Below, piece after piece: positions 1 to 9,637 of a DNA stretch of 64,000 nt; the stretch's first letter is position 1; each line of letters begins with the position of its first letter. The notes under the pieces are model-generated. The model was not told where the DNA came from, made no database searches, and saw only the letters and a program-made list of their open reading frames with translations. Source of the stretch: an uncultured virus (IMG/VR IMGVR_UViG_3300048587_001148). Its lineage: Duplodnaviria; Heunggongvirae; Uroviricota; Caudoviricetes. The position numbers were made by a program, and so were the translations under genes. Location: IMG/VR virus record IMGVR_UViG_3300048587_001148, one strand, 5' to 3'.

Positions 1-1076
1 ATGTCTCGATCACCCATGGTCGGGTCCCATAGGGGGATCAGGGGAACCGCTTGAATGCTTCCCGCATACGATGCCCCGATACACCAGGCGGATTCATTGT
101 GCCATCGCCGTGTGGCCCCCGGGTTATCGTTTCGCTGCGGCCCCCAGCCTAGCGCCCGGCGCGTGCCCAGGATGAGCGCATAAATGCCGTCGGCGGACCT
201 CCTGGTGCCCGGATCCATCCGCTCGGCTTCCGCCGCGAGACTGTCCAGGTCGCTCCAGCAACACGCGGGGGAGAGGGCGGCGCCGGCCAGGAGCTCGCAC
301 ATGGCCGAGCCGGCGTCATCGCCTGCACCCCGGTGAACGGCGTGGAGTGCATCGTGCCAGTCCAACGGTGTGCCTCGCTCCTGAAGCTGTGTAATCGCAG
401 CGCGGAGCGCGTAGGGGCATCCCGCCGCACTCCTACCGGCCAGGTACTCAATCTCCTCCACAGCCGGTGTATCGGTTGCTCCTTCGAGCCATCGAAAGTG
501 GGCGGTCCAGGCAAGGTCGGAGCTTCCCTCTGCTTCGCTCGCGGCAATCATCCCGCGCGCCGTGGTGATGGGCGGCGCCCCGTCCGGGATGAGGAAGTCG
601 TGCTTGATCGCGTTGGACCGGGCGTAACCGTGTACCGTCTCCCTGCTGCAGTGGGGGTATGCGGTCGCCAGGCGATCGCTCCAGGCGTCGATTGTCTCCT
701 TGCTTGAGGCTACCTCAACGTAGATCTTGGCATGCGCGAGTGGGATCGGACTCAGGAAGTATCGTAGTGTCGTTGCGTACGACTCGACGGTCTCACCGCG
801 TTCGAGGTTGCGCCGAATCACTGCGTGGTACCAGGCGCGCAGTGTCGCTTCGGGGAGGCCAACCGGTGCGGGCGTCAGGGCGTTTCCGTGAGTGATGCGG
901 TACGGCATTCCGTGGATATGCCTGCGCATGGCCTCGAGGTCACCCTGCCATGCTGCCTGTGCCGCCGCGGCATAGTGTGCCGCGGAGAGAGCGTACATCG
1001 AATCGTCGCGCGTCGCGCCCGCCCCCTCGGGGGAAGGCAACATTTTCCAGAGCGGGTTCACCGGCGCGCCAGTCAT
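1..1076 (-). CDS. Hypothetical protein, partial (runs off the left edge, >358 aa)
   Basis: Manual translation of the minus strand from ATG 1076 (MTGAPVNPLWKMLPSPEG...) stays open to base 1. It is absent from the ORF track because it has no stop in the window, and it lies just downstream of the 1100..2815 gene. Confidence 0.7.
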   Translation of the reverse strand, partial: MTGAPVNPLWKMLPSPEGAGATRDDSMYALSAAHYAAAAQAAWQGDLEAMRRHIHGMPYRITHGNALTPAPVGLPEATLRAWYHAVIRRNLERGETVESYATTLRYFLSPIPLAHAKIYVEVASSKETIDAWSDRLATAYPHCSRETVHGYARSNAIKHDFLIPDGAPPITTARGMIAASEAEGSSDLAWTAHFRWLEGATDTPAVEEIEYLAGRSAAGCPYALRAAITQLQERGTPLDWHDALHAVHRGAGDDAGSAMCELLAGAALSPACCWSDLDSLAAEAERMDPGTRRSADGIYALILGTRRALGWGPQRNDNPGATRRWHNESAWCIGASYAGSIQAVPLIPLWDPTMGDRD

Positions 1077-1099
1077 GGGCCCACTGTACAGGGCACATG

Positions 1100-2815
1100 T
1101 CAGGGTGGCAAAGCCCCTCGTCGCGCATTCTGCTCGACCGCCTTCATGCAGGCCGTGAAGGCGGAGTCGCTCTTGAAGGTGGTCTTCGTGCCGGGCACCC
1201 TTGGGCCATTGACGAGTCTCGCCGAGTCCATGCTAACCCGCTTCCGACAGAAGAGGCCGACGGCGTCGTCCAGGGCGAGTGTGGTGTTCGTTCCACGGCT
1301 CCCCGTGCGGAATTGCCGCCGCTGGGCGTCGTTCAGCCAGGTGGTGCGTTCACTCGAGTTCTGGGTGGGAGGGGGTGCCGGTGGGTTGCTCTGCGTGGTG
1401 CCGACCGGAGCCGGGGCCCCGCGGGTCCTCCCTGGGGAGACGACGGCCTGGCCGGGGCGCTCCAGGGGTGCCACCAGTTCTGCGGCGCGTTCCGCCTCTG
1501 TGGTCCGCATCTGTTGCTGGGCGAGCGGGTTTTTGTCGTCACACCCCCCACCGGTGAGCGCCTCGCACAGCTGATCGGCTCGCAGAACGTCATCGGTGCC
1601 TGCGATATAACGAATAACCGACGGTAGCTTGGTGGAATCCGGCGGTGTGATGTCTCCGCAGGCCTTGAGGCCACCACAGTGGCCCACCACGCGGATGACC
1701 GCTTCGATCCATTCGATGTCGCCGCCGCTCTGTGGGATGCATGTCGCTGTGTTGCAACTACTCTGCACGACCGGGCCGTAGGCGCCGTCGTCGACCGCCT
1801 CAAAGCCGGCCGCCAGCTCTGACCCCCCTGGGAAGTGGCTCTGAAACCCCTGCCGTTGATCCGAATAGAAGCGCTTGCGCACCTCCCCGACGATCTTGCG
1901 CTGCAGGAAGGGGCGTCGGATCACGCACCCAGGGACACCGTTGCCGCAGGGTGACTCTCGAAAATCAAGCAGCCATCCACCGCGGAGCTCGAAGTCGAAG
2001 CTCGTATACGCGAAGACGATTTCTTTGTCACGCGCGGCAGCGACGGGCTGCGTGTATTGGTAGTCCGCGTCCCGCACCGCCCGGGCATGCTCTGTGGTGT
2101 AGTAGAAACCCACCGGGAATCCCCGTCCCTCTACGATGCGGCGGCGCATCTTGATGCCCTTCTCGTTCTGGGAGCAGAAGATGCAGCCCAGGAAGGGGAC
2201 GCCAACGCCCCCTTCTTGGGCGAAGCGAGAGTCGATCTTGTGGGTTACGCGAAAATAGAATGTGCTGTCCCGGAGGCCGCTGGTACAAAAGTATGCGGAC
2301 TCCTGAATGGTCATTTCTTCTGGGAATTCGATGCCTAGAAAGCTCCAGTTGTCGATCTCCATCACGGAGCTCATGAGCCAGCCACCGGTGTTGTATTGTC
2401 CGCTCCATGTGCCTCCGGCGACCCCGAGGAAGGCGGGAATGGAGAGGTATTGGATCGGCCCCATGGCCTTGATGAAGGCTTCCTTCTCGTCGGGGGTCCG
2501 AGCCTGCCCCTTGGGGAAGACCCATGATGTGATGCGGTAGTTGCCGGCCATGCCCGCCAGGGCTGGCGGCATGACGGCGGGGCGGGTGGAGTTCTGGCAG
2601 AGGTCACCAGAGGTGGGCCATCCGAGGTAGGTGCTCCGGTTGTAGCCTGCGGGCAGTGGACCCAAAGGCCGTCCGATCGGTGGACTGACGGCCCGTGGGA
2701 TGGCTGGGCGTGTTGCGCCCTGTCCCAGGAGGGCGGGCGGCAGCAAAACTCCAACCAATAGCGTGGCCGACATGATTTGGCCAAATCGACGGACCATGCA
2801 ACGCGAATTCCTCAT
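1100..2815 (-). CDS. Secreted Cys-rich hypothetical protein (571 aa)
   Basis: Long ORF with a signal-peptide-like N-terminus (RRFGQIMSATLLVGVLLPPALLGQ), many Cys pairs and a Pro/Thr linker near the C-terminus. Confidence 0.75.
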   Translation of the reverse strand: MRNSRCMVRRFGQIMSATLLVGVLLPPALLGQGATRPAIPRAVSPPIGRPLGPLPAGYNRSTYLGWPTSGDLCQNSTRPAVMPPALAGMAGNYRITSWVFPKGQARTPDEKEAFIKAMGPIQYLSIPAFLGVAGGTWSGQYNTGGWLMSSVMEIDNWSFLGIEFPEEMTIQESAYFCTSGLRDSTFYFRVTHKIDSRFAQEGGVGVPFLGCIFCSQNEKGIKMRRRIVEGRGFPVGFYYTTEHARAVRDADYQYTQPVAAARDKEIVFAYTSFDFELRGGWLLDFRESPCGNGVPGCVIRRPFLQRKIVGEVRKRFYSDQRQGFQSHFPGGSELAAGFEAVDDGAYGPVVQSSCNTATCIPQSGGDIEWIEAVIRVVGHCGGLKACGDITPPDSTKLPSVIRYIAGTDDVLRADQLCEALTGGGCDDKNPLAQQQMRTTEAERAAELVAPLERPGQAVVSPGRTRGAPAPVGTTQSNPPAPPPTQNSSERTTWLNDAQRRQFRTGSRGTNTTLALDDAVGLFCRKRVSMDSARLVNGPRVPGTKTTFKSDSAFTACMKAVEQNARRGALPP

Positions 2816-2906
2816 GCCTCGTATATGGTGTGAATGCTGGGCACGATGCCAGCACGGAAATGGCCTCGTGGCCCCTGGTTCAACCGCCTTCTGTGGAGCA
2901 CCATCT

Positions 2907-3809
2907 ATGACACGCCGTCAATTCAAGTCGTCTCGGGACATGCCCAACACCTGCAAGGTGCTCGTCATCGGGCCGACGCAGTCCGGCAAGACACTGCCGA
3001 GCCTCCAGCTGCCCGGGCCCCGCGTCGCCTTCAGCGGCGAGGATGGCCTCCGTCCCTACAAGCAGCTCTATGAGTTCGACTACGAGGACTTCTCGGACAT
3101 CGACCAGCTGAACCAGCTGACCGAAGAGATGTTGCTGAAGGATCCGGAGCAGCTGGCGCGCTACAACACCGTCATCTACGATGGCCTGTCGGTGGCCTGG
3201 CAGGCTGCGATCGAGGAGGTCGAGGATGCCGAGATGCGCATCTCGATGGAGGACCAGCGCAAGCTGAAGGCGGGCTTCAAGAAGTTCAACCGCAATGTCT
3301 TCCGCCTTGGCCAGCTCGATAAGAATGTCTGGGCCACGGCACAGAGCAAGGCCCAGTGGAAGATTCAGCGCGGGCGTGCGCCGGAGCTCCTTGGCGTCAA
3401 GGGGGATCTCGATGATCGCGCCTGGTTCGCCTTCGATCTCGTGCTGCTTGCTCAGGTGGAGCGCGACTCGTCCGGGCGGACCGTACACTCCATGCAGGTC
3501 CTCAAGACGCGGTATCCGACCCTGATGCCGCTGCATGAGATCTTGGTGGATTTCTCCATCGAGCGTCACTTCGGCCCGATCTTCCGGGGGGAGATCGCCC
3601 CCTTGCCCGTGGACAACACGCTCGCGGTCAAGCGCTTCAAGGATGAAATCATCGAGGCAGCCAAGCGGATTGGCCGTGTGTCGGCCGGCGGGTCAATCCC
3701 CGATGATGTCGCCGATGGGATCGGCACGCTCATCCGTAGCTCCGGCGACCTGGACGCGCTCGAGGCGGCCCTCGCCAAGCTGCAGAGCTTCGAGCCTGTC
3801 CCGGCCTGA
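2907..3809 (+). CDS. AAA_24/Sak4-like P-loop ATPase (phage/plasmid recombination-type)
   Basis: KVLVIGPTQSGKT Walker A, TVIYDGLS Walker B-like, VWATAQSK and FDLVL..KTR motifs typical of Sak4/AAA_24 proteins. GGAG RBS lies before ATG 2907. Confidence 0.75.
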   Translation: MTRRQFKSSRDMPNTCKVLVIGPTQSGKTLPSLQLPGPRVAFSGEDGLRPYKQLYEFDYEDFSDIDQLNQLTEEMLLKDPEQLARYNTVIYDGLSVAWQAAIEEVEDAEMRISMEDQRKLKAGFKKFNRNVFRLGQLDKNVWATAQSKAQWKIQRGRAPELLGVKGDLDDRAWFAFDLVLLAQVERDSSGRTVHSMQVLKTRYPTLMPLHEILVDFSIERHFGPIFRGEIAPLPVDNTLAVKRFKDEIIEAAKRIGRVSAGGSIPDDVADGIGTLIRSSGDLDALEAALAKLQSFEPVPA

Positions 3810-3819
3810 TCCGGGAAGG

Positions 3820-3852
3820 AACAACAGGGGGGCCATCGGCCCCCCTGTTGTT
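3820..3852 (+). terminator. Rho-independent terminator-like hairpin
   Basis: AACAACAGGGGGGCC-ATC-GGCCCCCCTGTTGTT, a perfect 15-bp stem followed by GTTT, 10 nt after the ATPase stop. Confidence 0.75.
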
Positions 3853-4063
3853 GTTTCTCCCCCTGAGCCTCTATCGGCTCGACGGCCCCGGCCGTCTCCT
3901 CCCTCCGCCATGGCGCCCCTGTCCGGCCCCCTCGGTCCTTCCGTGGGGGCTTTTGCGGCCTCTTGTCGTCCGGGGTTGCCCTCGGCCCCCAACAGGCATG
4001 CACATAGGTGCACTGACTGTTGTTGAGATAGCGCAACAGGGGTCCCCGTATATGGAGTTTCGC

Positions 4064-7000
4064 ATGGCCTTCCGATCTGTTCGTTCCCCTCGTCTCTTCG
4101 CGTGGGGTGTTGCCGCGTGGAGCACGCTGATCCTGCTGCCTGGTTCCCTGGTCGCCCAGCGGGCCTCCGCGGTGATTTCCCCTGATGCCTCACTGCCAGA
4201 GCGCGCCACCTTCATGGCGACCGCGGAGCAGCGTGTGGCCGGCCGGATAGCCGCTCATCGTTACCTGGTTGTCTTCCGGGAATCGGGTGGTCGGGCGGGT
4301 CTCCGTGCCGACGAGGCGCTCCCGGTTGTTCGGCCTCAAGTCATTCGCGCGGCGGGTGCACGGATCGGCACGATGCCCGGCGTGCGTTCGGTCCGTACAG
4401 TCGGCAATTGGTCTCTGGCGGTCGTTGAGGTGGACGGCGCGGAGGCGGCCGTTGCTCTCCTGTCTGACCCGAATGTGGCCGCTGTCGAACAGGACGAGTG
4501 GCATGTGCTGCAGGACAGTCGCGGGTCCGAGGCGTCCCTGGCCGAGGTGCGAGCCTCGATCGGGCTAGCGCAGAGTACGCCATGGGGCGTGGCGATGGTC
4601 GGGGCGCCGGCGGCATGGGCGGCCGGCGCGCGCGGCCAGGGCATCAAGGTCGGCCTGCTCGATAGCGGTGGCGATGTCGATCACCCGGACCTCGTATGGG
4701 CGGGCGGCTACGACGCAACGGGTTTGAGTACGACGCCCACCCTGCCATCGGCGTGGGATGACAACATCAGCTACTGCAAGGGGCATGGGACGCATGTCGC
4801 CGGCACTGTCGGGGCGCGAGATAACACGATCGGTGTCGTCGGTGTAGCGCCCGAGGCGGAGCTCTATGCCGTGAAGGTCTTCCAGAACATCAACAGCAGC
4901 TGCGGTGCCTGGACCTCTTCGCAAATCAATGGACTGAATTGGATGGCCGCGCAGGGTGTTCGTATTGCGAGCGTGTCTATCGGTGGGACCCACAACCTCT
5001 CGTACAGCCTTGCCGTACGGACCTTGCTAGATAATGGTCTCGTGGTGGTCGGGTCATCCGGCAATGACAATATGAATGCCATGCGCTGCCCGGCGTGCTA
5101 CAACAGCGCGATTGCGGTCGGTGCGATCACAAGTTCGAAGACCCGGGCGAGTTATAGCAATTACGGTTATGGCTTGACGCTCGTGGCGCCAGGGTCCGGA
5201 GTTTCCAGCACAATGCCTGGGGGTGGAACAGGATCAAAATCTGGGACCTCGATGGCAGCCCCACATGTCGCGGGGGTGTTGGCGCTGGTGCTCTCACGGA
5301 GTCCTGGAATCTCCGTCACCGAGGCGCTGAACCGTGTGGGGGCGACCGTGGAGGATCTCGGCTCGCTGGGGTGGGACAACGCGACAGGCGCAGGGATGGC
5401 TCGTGCCGACCTAGCCGTTGCCGCGCCGCAGGCGTCTGGGGTGACGGTGTCGAGCGACCTGGCTTCGGTGCGTCTGCAAGCGGTTGCTGGCGCGGCGTGG
5501 ACCACGAGCGTACAGCAGCGTCTGCGGATTGTGCTTGGAGGTCCGGAGGGGATGGGGACGCGGTGGTTCATTTCGCCGACCACTGGGGTTGTCTCGGTCT
5601 CCTTGCCGTCTCCGTCGGATCCGTTCCTGGGGACAGCGTCTCCGCTGATTCTGACGGGGAGTGGATCCATCAACGCCACCACGCCCATCGGTGTGTATCA
5701 TGACACCTTGGTCGTACGACACGCCGGTACGGGGGACGTGTTGCTTCGGGTGCCGGTCGAGGTGGTGGTTGCCCCAAGCGGCACGACCGCGCTCGCCGCC
5801 GCCGTGTCGCCTGGCATACAGTTTAGCAGCCTCCGCGCGGATTCGGTCGCGGCTCCTGGCGCCGCACAGCTGACGCTCAGCGGGACGGGGGCCTCAGCCG
5901 CGTCGTGGGTGGTGGAAGGCGGGCGCTGGGTCGTCCCAAGCACTCCAGCTGGCGTGGGGTCTGGCGCAATCAATTGGGTCCGTCAGACCAGCGGACTGCT
6001 TCCCGGCGTGCACGTCGACACACTATGGGTGGATATCACTGGGCCACAGGGTGTGCTCCGTCGATCGATTATTGATAGCCTTCTCCTTCGTGCGGCGCCT
6101 GTCACCGAGCCTACGGTGCTTACGGTCGAACCGTCCGAATTTGTGCGCGCACTCGCATCGGGTGCCGTTGCAGCCGACTCGTTCCGCGTGGTGCTTGCGG
6201 GTCCACTCGCGTCTACCACCTCCTGGAATGTCGCCACCACATCCTCGAAGGTGGTGCTGGCTAGCGCGTCGGGCAGTGGCTCTGGATGGGTGCGTTTTAC
6301 CCGTACCGCACCGACTGTCGGCGTTGATACTGCAGTTATCCAGGTGACCAGCCCCGTGGGCGGTGCGCAGGTCCGTGATGTCGTCACGGCACTGGTTCCG
6401 CGCACGGTGACGCTCTCGCCCGCCACGCGGGAGCGAGTAGTGGCCGTAGGGGCGCAGGTGAACGATTCATTCCAGGTCGTCCTCGGTGGAGACGGCGCGG
6501 CAACCGCCATGTGGCGCGCCGCGGTCAGTGGTGAGGGAGCCACGCTGACTCGTTCTGAGGGGGTTGGGAGCGGGTGGGTGACCTTCACTCGCTCTGCACT
6601 AGCCGAGGGGGTCCAGGACGCCAGCGTGGAGGTGACGAGCGATGGGGTGAGCGCGAGCTATCTCGATCGGGTAACCGGGACGATCGCGCGCGCGGTGGCG
6701 CTGACCCCTGCTGCGCGGTCTCGGACGGTGCTTGCCGGCTCGGCGCTCCGGGACTCGGTGTGGCTTGCGATCTCCGGGACCGGTAGCAACGCGGCCGCCT
6801 GGTCTGCGACCCAGGTCGGAAATCTGGCGCTAGAGGCGACGTCGGGTGTCGGCTCTGGCTGGATCTTCTACACGCAGACGGTGCCCGAAGGGCTCACCGT
6901 CTCAGAGCTGCGCGTCACATCCGATGGTGCCGTTGCGGTCGCGGTGGACTCGGTGACTGGAACCGTCGCGCGGGCGTTGGCGCTGACTCCTGCGGCGCGC

Positions 7001-9502
7001 TCTCGGACTGCGCTTGCCGGCTCGGCGCTCCGGGACTCGGTGTGGCTTGCGATCTCGGGGACTGGCAGCAACACGGCCGCTTGGTCTGCGACCCAGGTGG
7101 GAAATTTGGCGCTAGAGGCGACGTCGGGCACAGGCTCCGGATGGATCTTCTATACGCAGACGGTGCTCGAAGGACTTACGGTCTCGGAGCTGCGCGTCAC
7201 ATCCGATGGTGCCGTTGCGGTCGCGGTGGACTCCGTGCGTGGTGAAGTGCCACTCGGGATGAGTATCGCTCCTACCACTCGATCACGGCAGATGGCGCCC
7301 AATGCGACCGTCCTGGATTCGGTTGAAGTCCGTCTGACAGGCAGCTCCGCCCCCACGACCGCCTGGTCCGCAACCAGCAGCTCATCGCGACTCGTGCCGA
7401 CGAACGCGACTGGCGTCGGGAGTGCGTGGCTCCGATTCCAGCGCTCCTCTGGTCCGGAAGGTGTTGAGATCGCGCGCCTGACGGTGACCGCAGGTCAGCA
7501 GGTTGCCAACTACCACGACTCCGTCACCGTGCTCCAGCCCGAAACGGTTGCCGTGACGCCGAGCGGCCGGGTACGCAGCATCTCCATCGACGCCACAGTT
7601 CCCGTGGACTCGTTCTTTGTGACGACAGCCGGCGGGTCCGGATCGCTGACGTGGTCGGTATCAAGCGACTCGCCAGCACTCACTGCCGCGCCGCTCTCTG
7701 GTTCGGGCAGCGGATGGGTTCGCTACACGCATACCCGACCGACGGTCGGCGAGTCAGTCGCGCTGGTCACTGTCACTAGTGGCGCGGCGACGGCGACCTT
7801 CGTGGATACGCTGCGCCGCACCGCGATCCCTCGGACAGTCGCCCTCTCACCCACAGGACGACGCGTCGTCATGGTGGGTGGTGAGAGTGCGGTGGTGGAT
7901 TCCATCTCTGTCCAACTCGGGGGAACTGGCGCCGCAACCGCCACTTGGCACGCGACCGCCGCAGGCGTTGAGGTCTTGACGCCGTCGGGTGTTGGCTCGG
8001 GGTGGCTGCGGATGCGGCGCGCTGCGGCCCCCACGCCGGGGCTTGCCGTTGGCACTGTCTCGGTGATTAGCGACGGTGCCGCCGCCACGTATGTCGACAC
8101 CGTGGAGACGCGTGCCCCGACACAGCCGACGGGTGGCGTGCAGGTGAGTCCATCGGAGCTCGCCACGGATGCGGGATACGCGATCGCTGTGAAGAAGACG
8201 CTTCCGGTGCAGGTCACGATCGGTGGCGCAGACGCGGCGACGATTGTGTGGCGCATGCGCCGGTTGAGTGGATCCGCTGGCCGCGCCACCGTATCAAGCG
8301 TGTGGCGGACCGGTAGCCTTGAGATTGGACTTTCCGTGGCGACGACAACGTCCACCATGCCCGGCACGTACGTCGACTCCTTCGTGGTCGAGCGCCAAGA
8401 CGGAAAGGGAACCGCTCGCCTGCGTCATGTGATGACCGTTCGCGCCGCTACGCCTGAGACCCTGGTCTTTGTGCGCCCGGGGCAGGTGCGGCGGTTCCAT
8501 CCCGCGGATCGCCTCGTCACGGACCTGGCGGATACGGTTCGCTTTGTCCTGACGCCGCCGGAAGGTGTGACATCGTTGGGGTGGACCGCTCGCGTGACGG
8601 GCGCCCTGACCCTGCCATGGGACGGAAAGAAGGGAAGCGGTCTGTCGGGGAGTACGATCGCACGTCGGGCCACGGTGCCTGCGTCCCTTGGTTGGACGGT
8701 GGATAGTGTGATCATCCGGACGATGGGCAAAGACTTCGTCTATCTCGATTCTGTGTATGTGGGGACCGATGTGCCGCCCGTCTCCGGAGAGCTCGGCTTC
8801 GTGCATCCCGTCACGTCTCGCGTGCACACCGTCTACTCCGGCGGGAGCTCCTTTACAACCTACCTCCCTACGAAGCCTGTCGGGACGGGAGCGGACACCC
8901 TGCCATGGCGTGTGCGCATCTACCAGGCCGATCCCGGACACGCACAGACGTGGGATCCAGTTCGCGTGGGAGAGGTGAACACGCGCATTGGTATTGGCCG
9001 CAAGCTGCCGGCTGGCGTCCACGTGGACACGATTGTGACCGCTTTCATCCACGACCAGCGCATTCAGACGGTGATCCTCGACTCGCTCATCGTCTTGGAT
9101 GCTCCGGTGTCGCGTGGTGCGGCCAAGAAGCTTTCTGCTGGCCGTACGACCGCCATGCCGACCGTGACAACGCGAGAGGATGCTTCGCTCGTCATCGAGG
9201 GTCATGCCGAGGCCACGAGGTCGGTGGAGGCGGGAATGGCGCAGTGGGATCTGGTCTTGACGGATGCGCCTATCGGTCGCACGGTCGTTCGTGTCGCCGA
9301 AGTGTCTGGAGACGAAGATCCTGCCTGGCGGACCCTCACCTCCGTCCGTCTTGAGGCGCTTCCCACGCGGCGAGAGATCCTTGGGGCACTTCGGGGGGAG
9401 GACGCTCTGGTCGCCGCATGGGTCGATGCGTTGGGTGACGGCGATGGCCGTGTCACATTGGCTGAGGTGGTGCGGGCGATCCGCGGGTTGGATATCCCCT
9501 GA
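4064..9502 (+). CDS. Secreted S8 subtilisin-like serine protease with a long array of beta-rich (BACON/Ig-like) repeats
   Basis: Signal peptide, propeptide, catalytic motifs GLLDSG, HGTHVAG and GTSMAAPHV; about ten ~95-aa repeats (DS..V.L.G..A...W....G.GSGW); C-terminal DALGDGDGRVTLAEV EF-hand/dockerin-like loop. RBS GGAG lies before ATG 4064. Confidence 0.9.
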   Translation: MAFRSVRSPRLFAWGVAAWSTLILLPGSLVAQRASAVISPDASLPERATFMATAEQRVAGRIAAHRYLVVFRESGGRAGLRADEALPVVRPQVIRAAGARIGTMPGVRSVRTVGNWSLAVVEVDGAEAAVALLSDPNVAAVEQDEWHVLQDSRGSEASLAEVRASIGLAQSTPWGVAMVGAPAAWAAGARGQGIKVGLLDSGGDVDHPDLVWAGGYDATGLSTTPTLPSAWDDNISYCKGHGTHVAGTVGARDNTIGVVGVAPEAELYAVKVFQNINSSCGAWTSSQINGLNWMAAQGVRIASVSIGGTHNLSYSLAVRTLLDNGLVVVGSSGNDNMNAMRCPACYNSAIAVGAITSSKTRASYSNYGYGLTLVAPGSGVSSTMPGGGTGSKSGTSMAAPHVAGVLALVLSRSPGISVTEALNRVGATVEDLGSLGWDNATGAGMARADLAVAAPQASGVTVSSDLASVRLQAVAGAAWTTSVQQRLRIVLGGPEGMGTRWFISPTTGVVSVSLPSPSDPFLGTASPLILTGSGSINATTPIGVYHDTLVVRHAGTGDVLLRVPVEVVVAPSGTTALAAAVSPGIQFSSLRADSVAAPGAAQLTLSGTGASAASWVVEGGRWVVPSTPAGVGSGAINWVRQTSGLLPGVHVDTLWVDITGPQGVLRRSIIDSLLLRAAPVTEPTVLTVEPSEFVRALASGAVAADSFRVVLAGPLASTTSWNVATTSSKVVLASASGSGSGWVRFTRTAPTVGVDTAVIQVTSPVGGAQVRDVVTALVPRTVTLSPATRERVVAVGAQVNDSFQVVLGGDGAATAMWRAAVSGEGATLTRSEGVGSGWVTFTRSALAEGVQDASVEVTSDGVSASYLDRVTGTIARAVALTPAARSRTVLAGSALRDSVWLAISGTGSNAAAWSATQVGNLALEATSGVGSGWIFYTQTVPEGLTVSELRVTSDGAVAVAVDSVTGTVARALALTPAARSRTALAGSALRDSVWLAISGTGSNTAAWSATQVGNLALEATSGTGSGWIFYTQTVLEGLTVSELRVTSDGAVAVAVDSVRGEVPLGMSIAPTTRSRQMAPNATVLDSVEVRLTGSSAPTTAWSATSSSSRLVPTNATGVGSAWLRFQRSSGPEGVEIARLTVTAGQQVANYHDSVTVLQPETVAVTPSGRVRSISIDATVPVDSFFVTTAGGSGSLTWSVSSDSPALTAAPLSGSGSGWVRYTHTRPTVGESVALVTVTSGAATATFVDTLRRTAIPRTVALSPTGRRVVMVGGESAVVDSISVQLGGTGAATATWHATAAGVEVLTPSGVGSGWLRMRRAAAPTPGLAVGTVSVISDGAAATYVDTVETRAPTQPTGGVQVSPSELATDAGYAIAVKKTLPVQVTIGGADAATIVWRMRRLSGSAGRATVSSVWRTGSLEIGLSVATTTSTMPGTYVDSFVVERQDGKGTARLRHVMTVRAATPETLVFVRPGQVRRFHPADRLVTDLADTVRFVLTPPEGVTSLGWTARVTGALTLPWDGKKGSGLSGSTIARRATVPASLGWTVDSVIIRTMGKDFVYLDSVYVGTDVPPVSGELGFVHPVTSRVHTVYSGGSSFTTYLPTKPVGTGADTLPWRVRIYQADPGHAQTWDPVRVGEVNTRIGIGRKLPAGVHVDTIVTAFIHDQRIQTVILDSLIVLDAPVSRGAAKKLSAGRTTAMPTVTTREDASLVIEGHAEATRSVEAGMAQWDLVLTDAPIGRTVVRVAEVSGDEDPAWRTLTSVRLEALPTRREILGALRGEDALVAAWVDALGDGDGRVTLAEVVRAIRGLDIP
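6674..7237 (+). repeat. Recent intragenic tandem duplication, 282-bp (94-aa) period
   Basis: Near-identical units ...ALTPAARSRT.LAGSALRDSVWLAISGTGSN.AAWSATQVGNLALEATSG...; base 6753 corresponds to 7035. Boundaries are approximate. Confidence 0.9.
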
Positions 9503-9637
9503 TCCTGCTTGGCGGCTCCCACTCCCGGCGTCCGTGGCCAACTCTTGGTCTCGGGCGCCGGTCTTTTCTGGGTCGTCGGCCCGTATGACCGTAGGGAGGG
9601 CTGTGCCACCTCGGCGCTCCGACCCTATTACTGGGGG

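Noticed and set aside
3848..4063. N-terminal extension of the S8 protease given by the ORF track
   Set aside because: It begins inside the terminator hairpin; the RBS and signal peptide fit ATG 4064.
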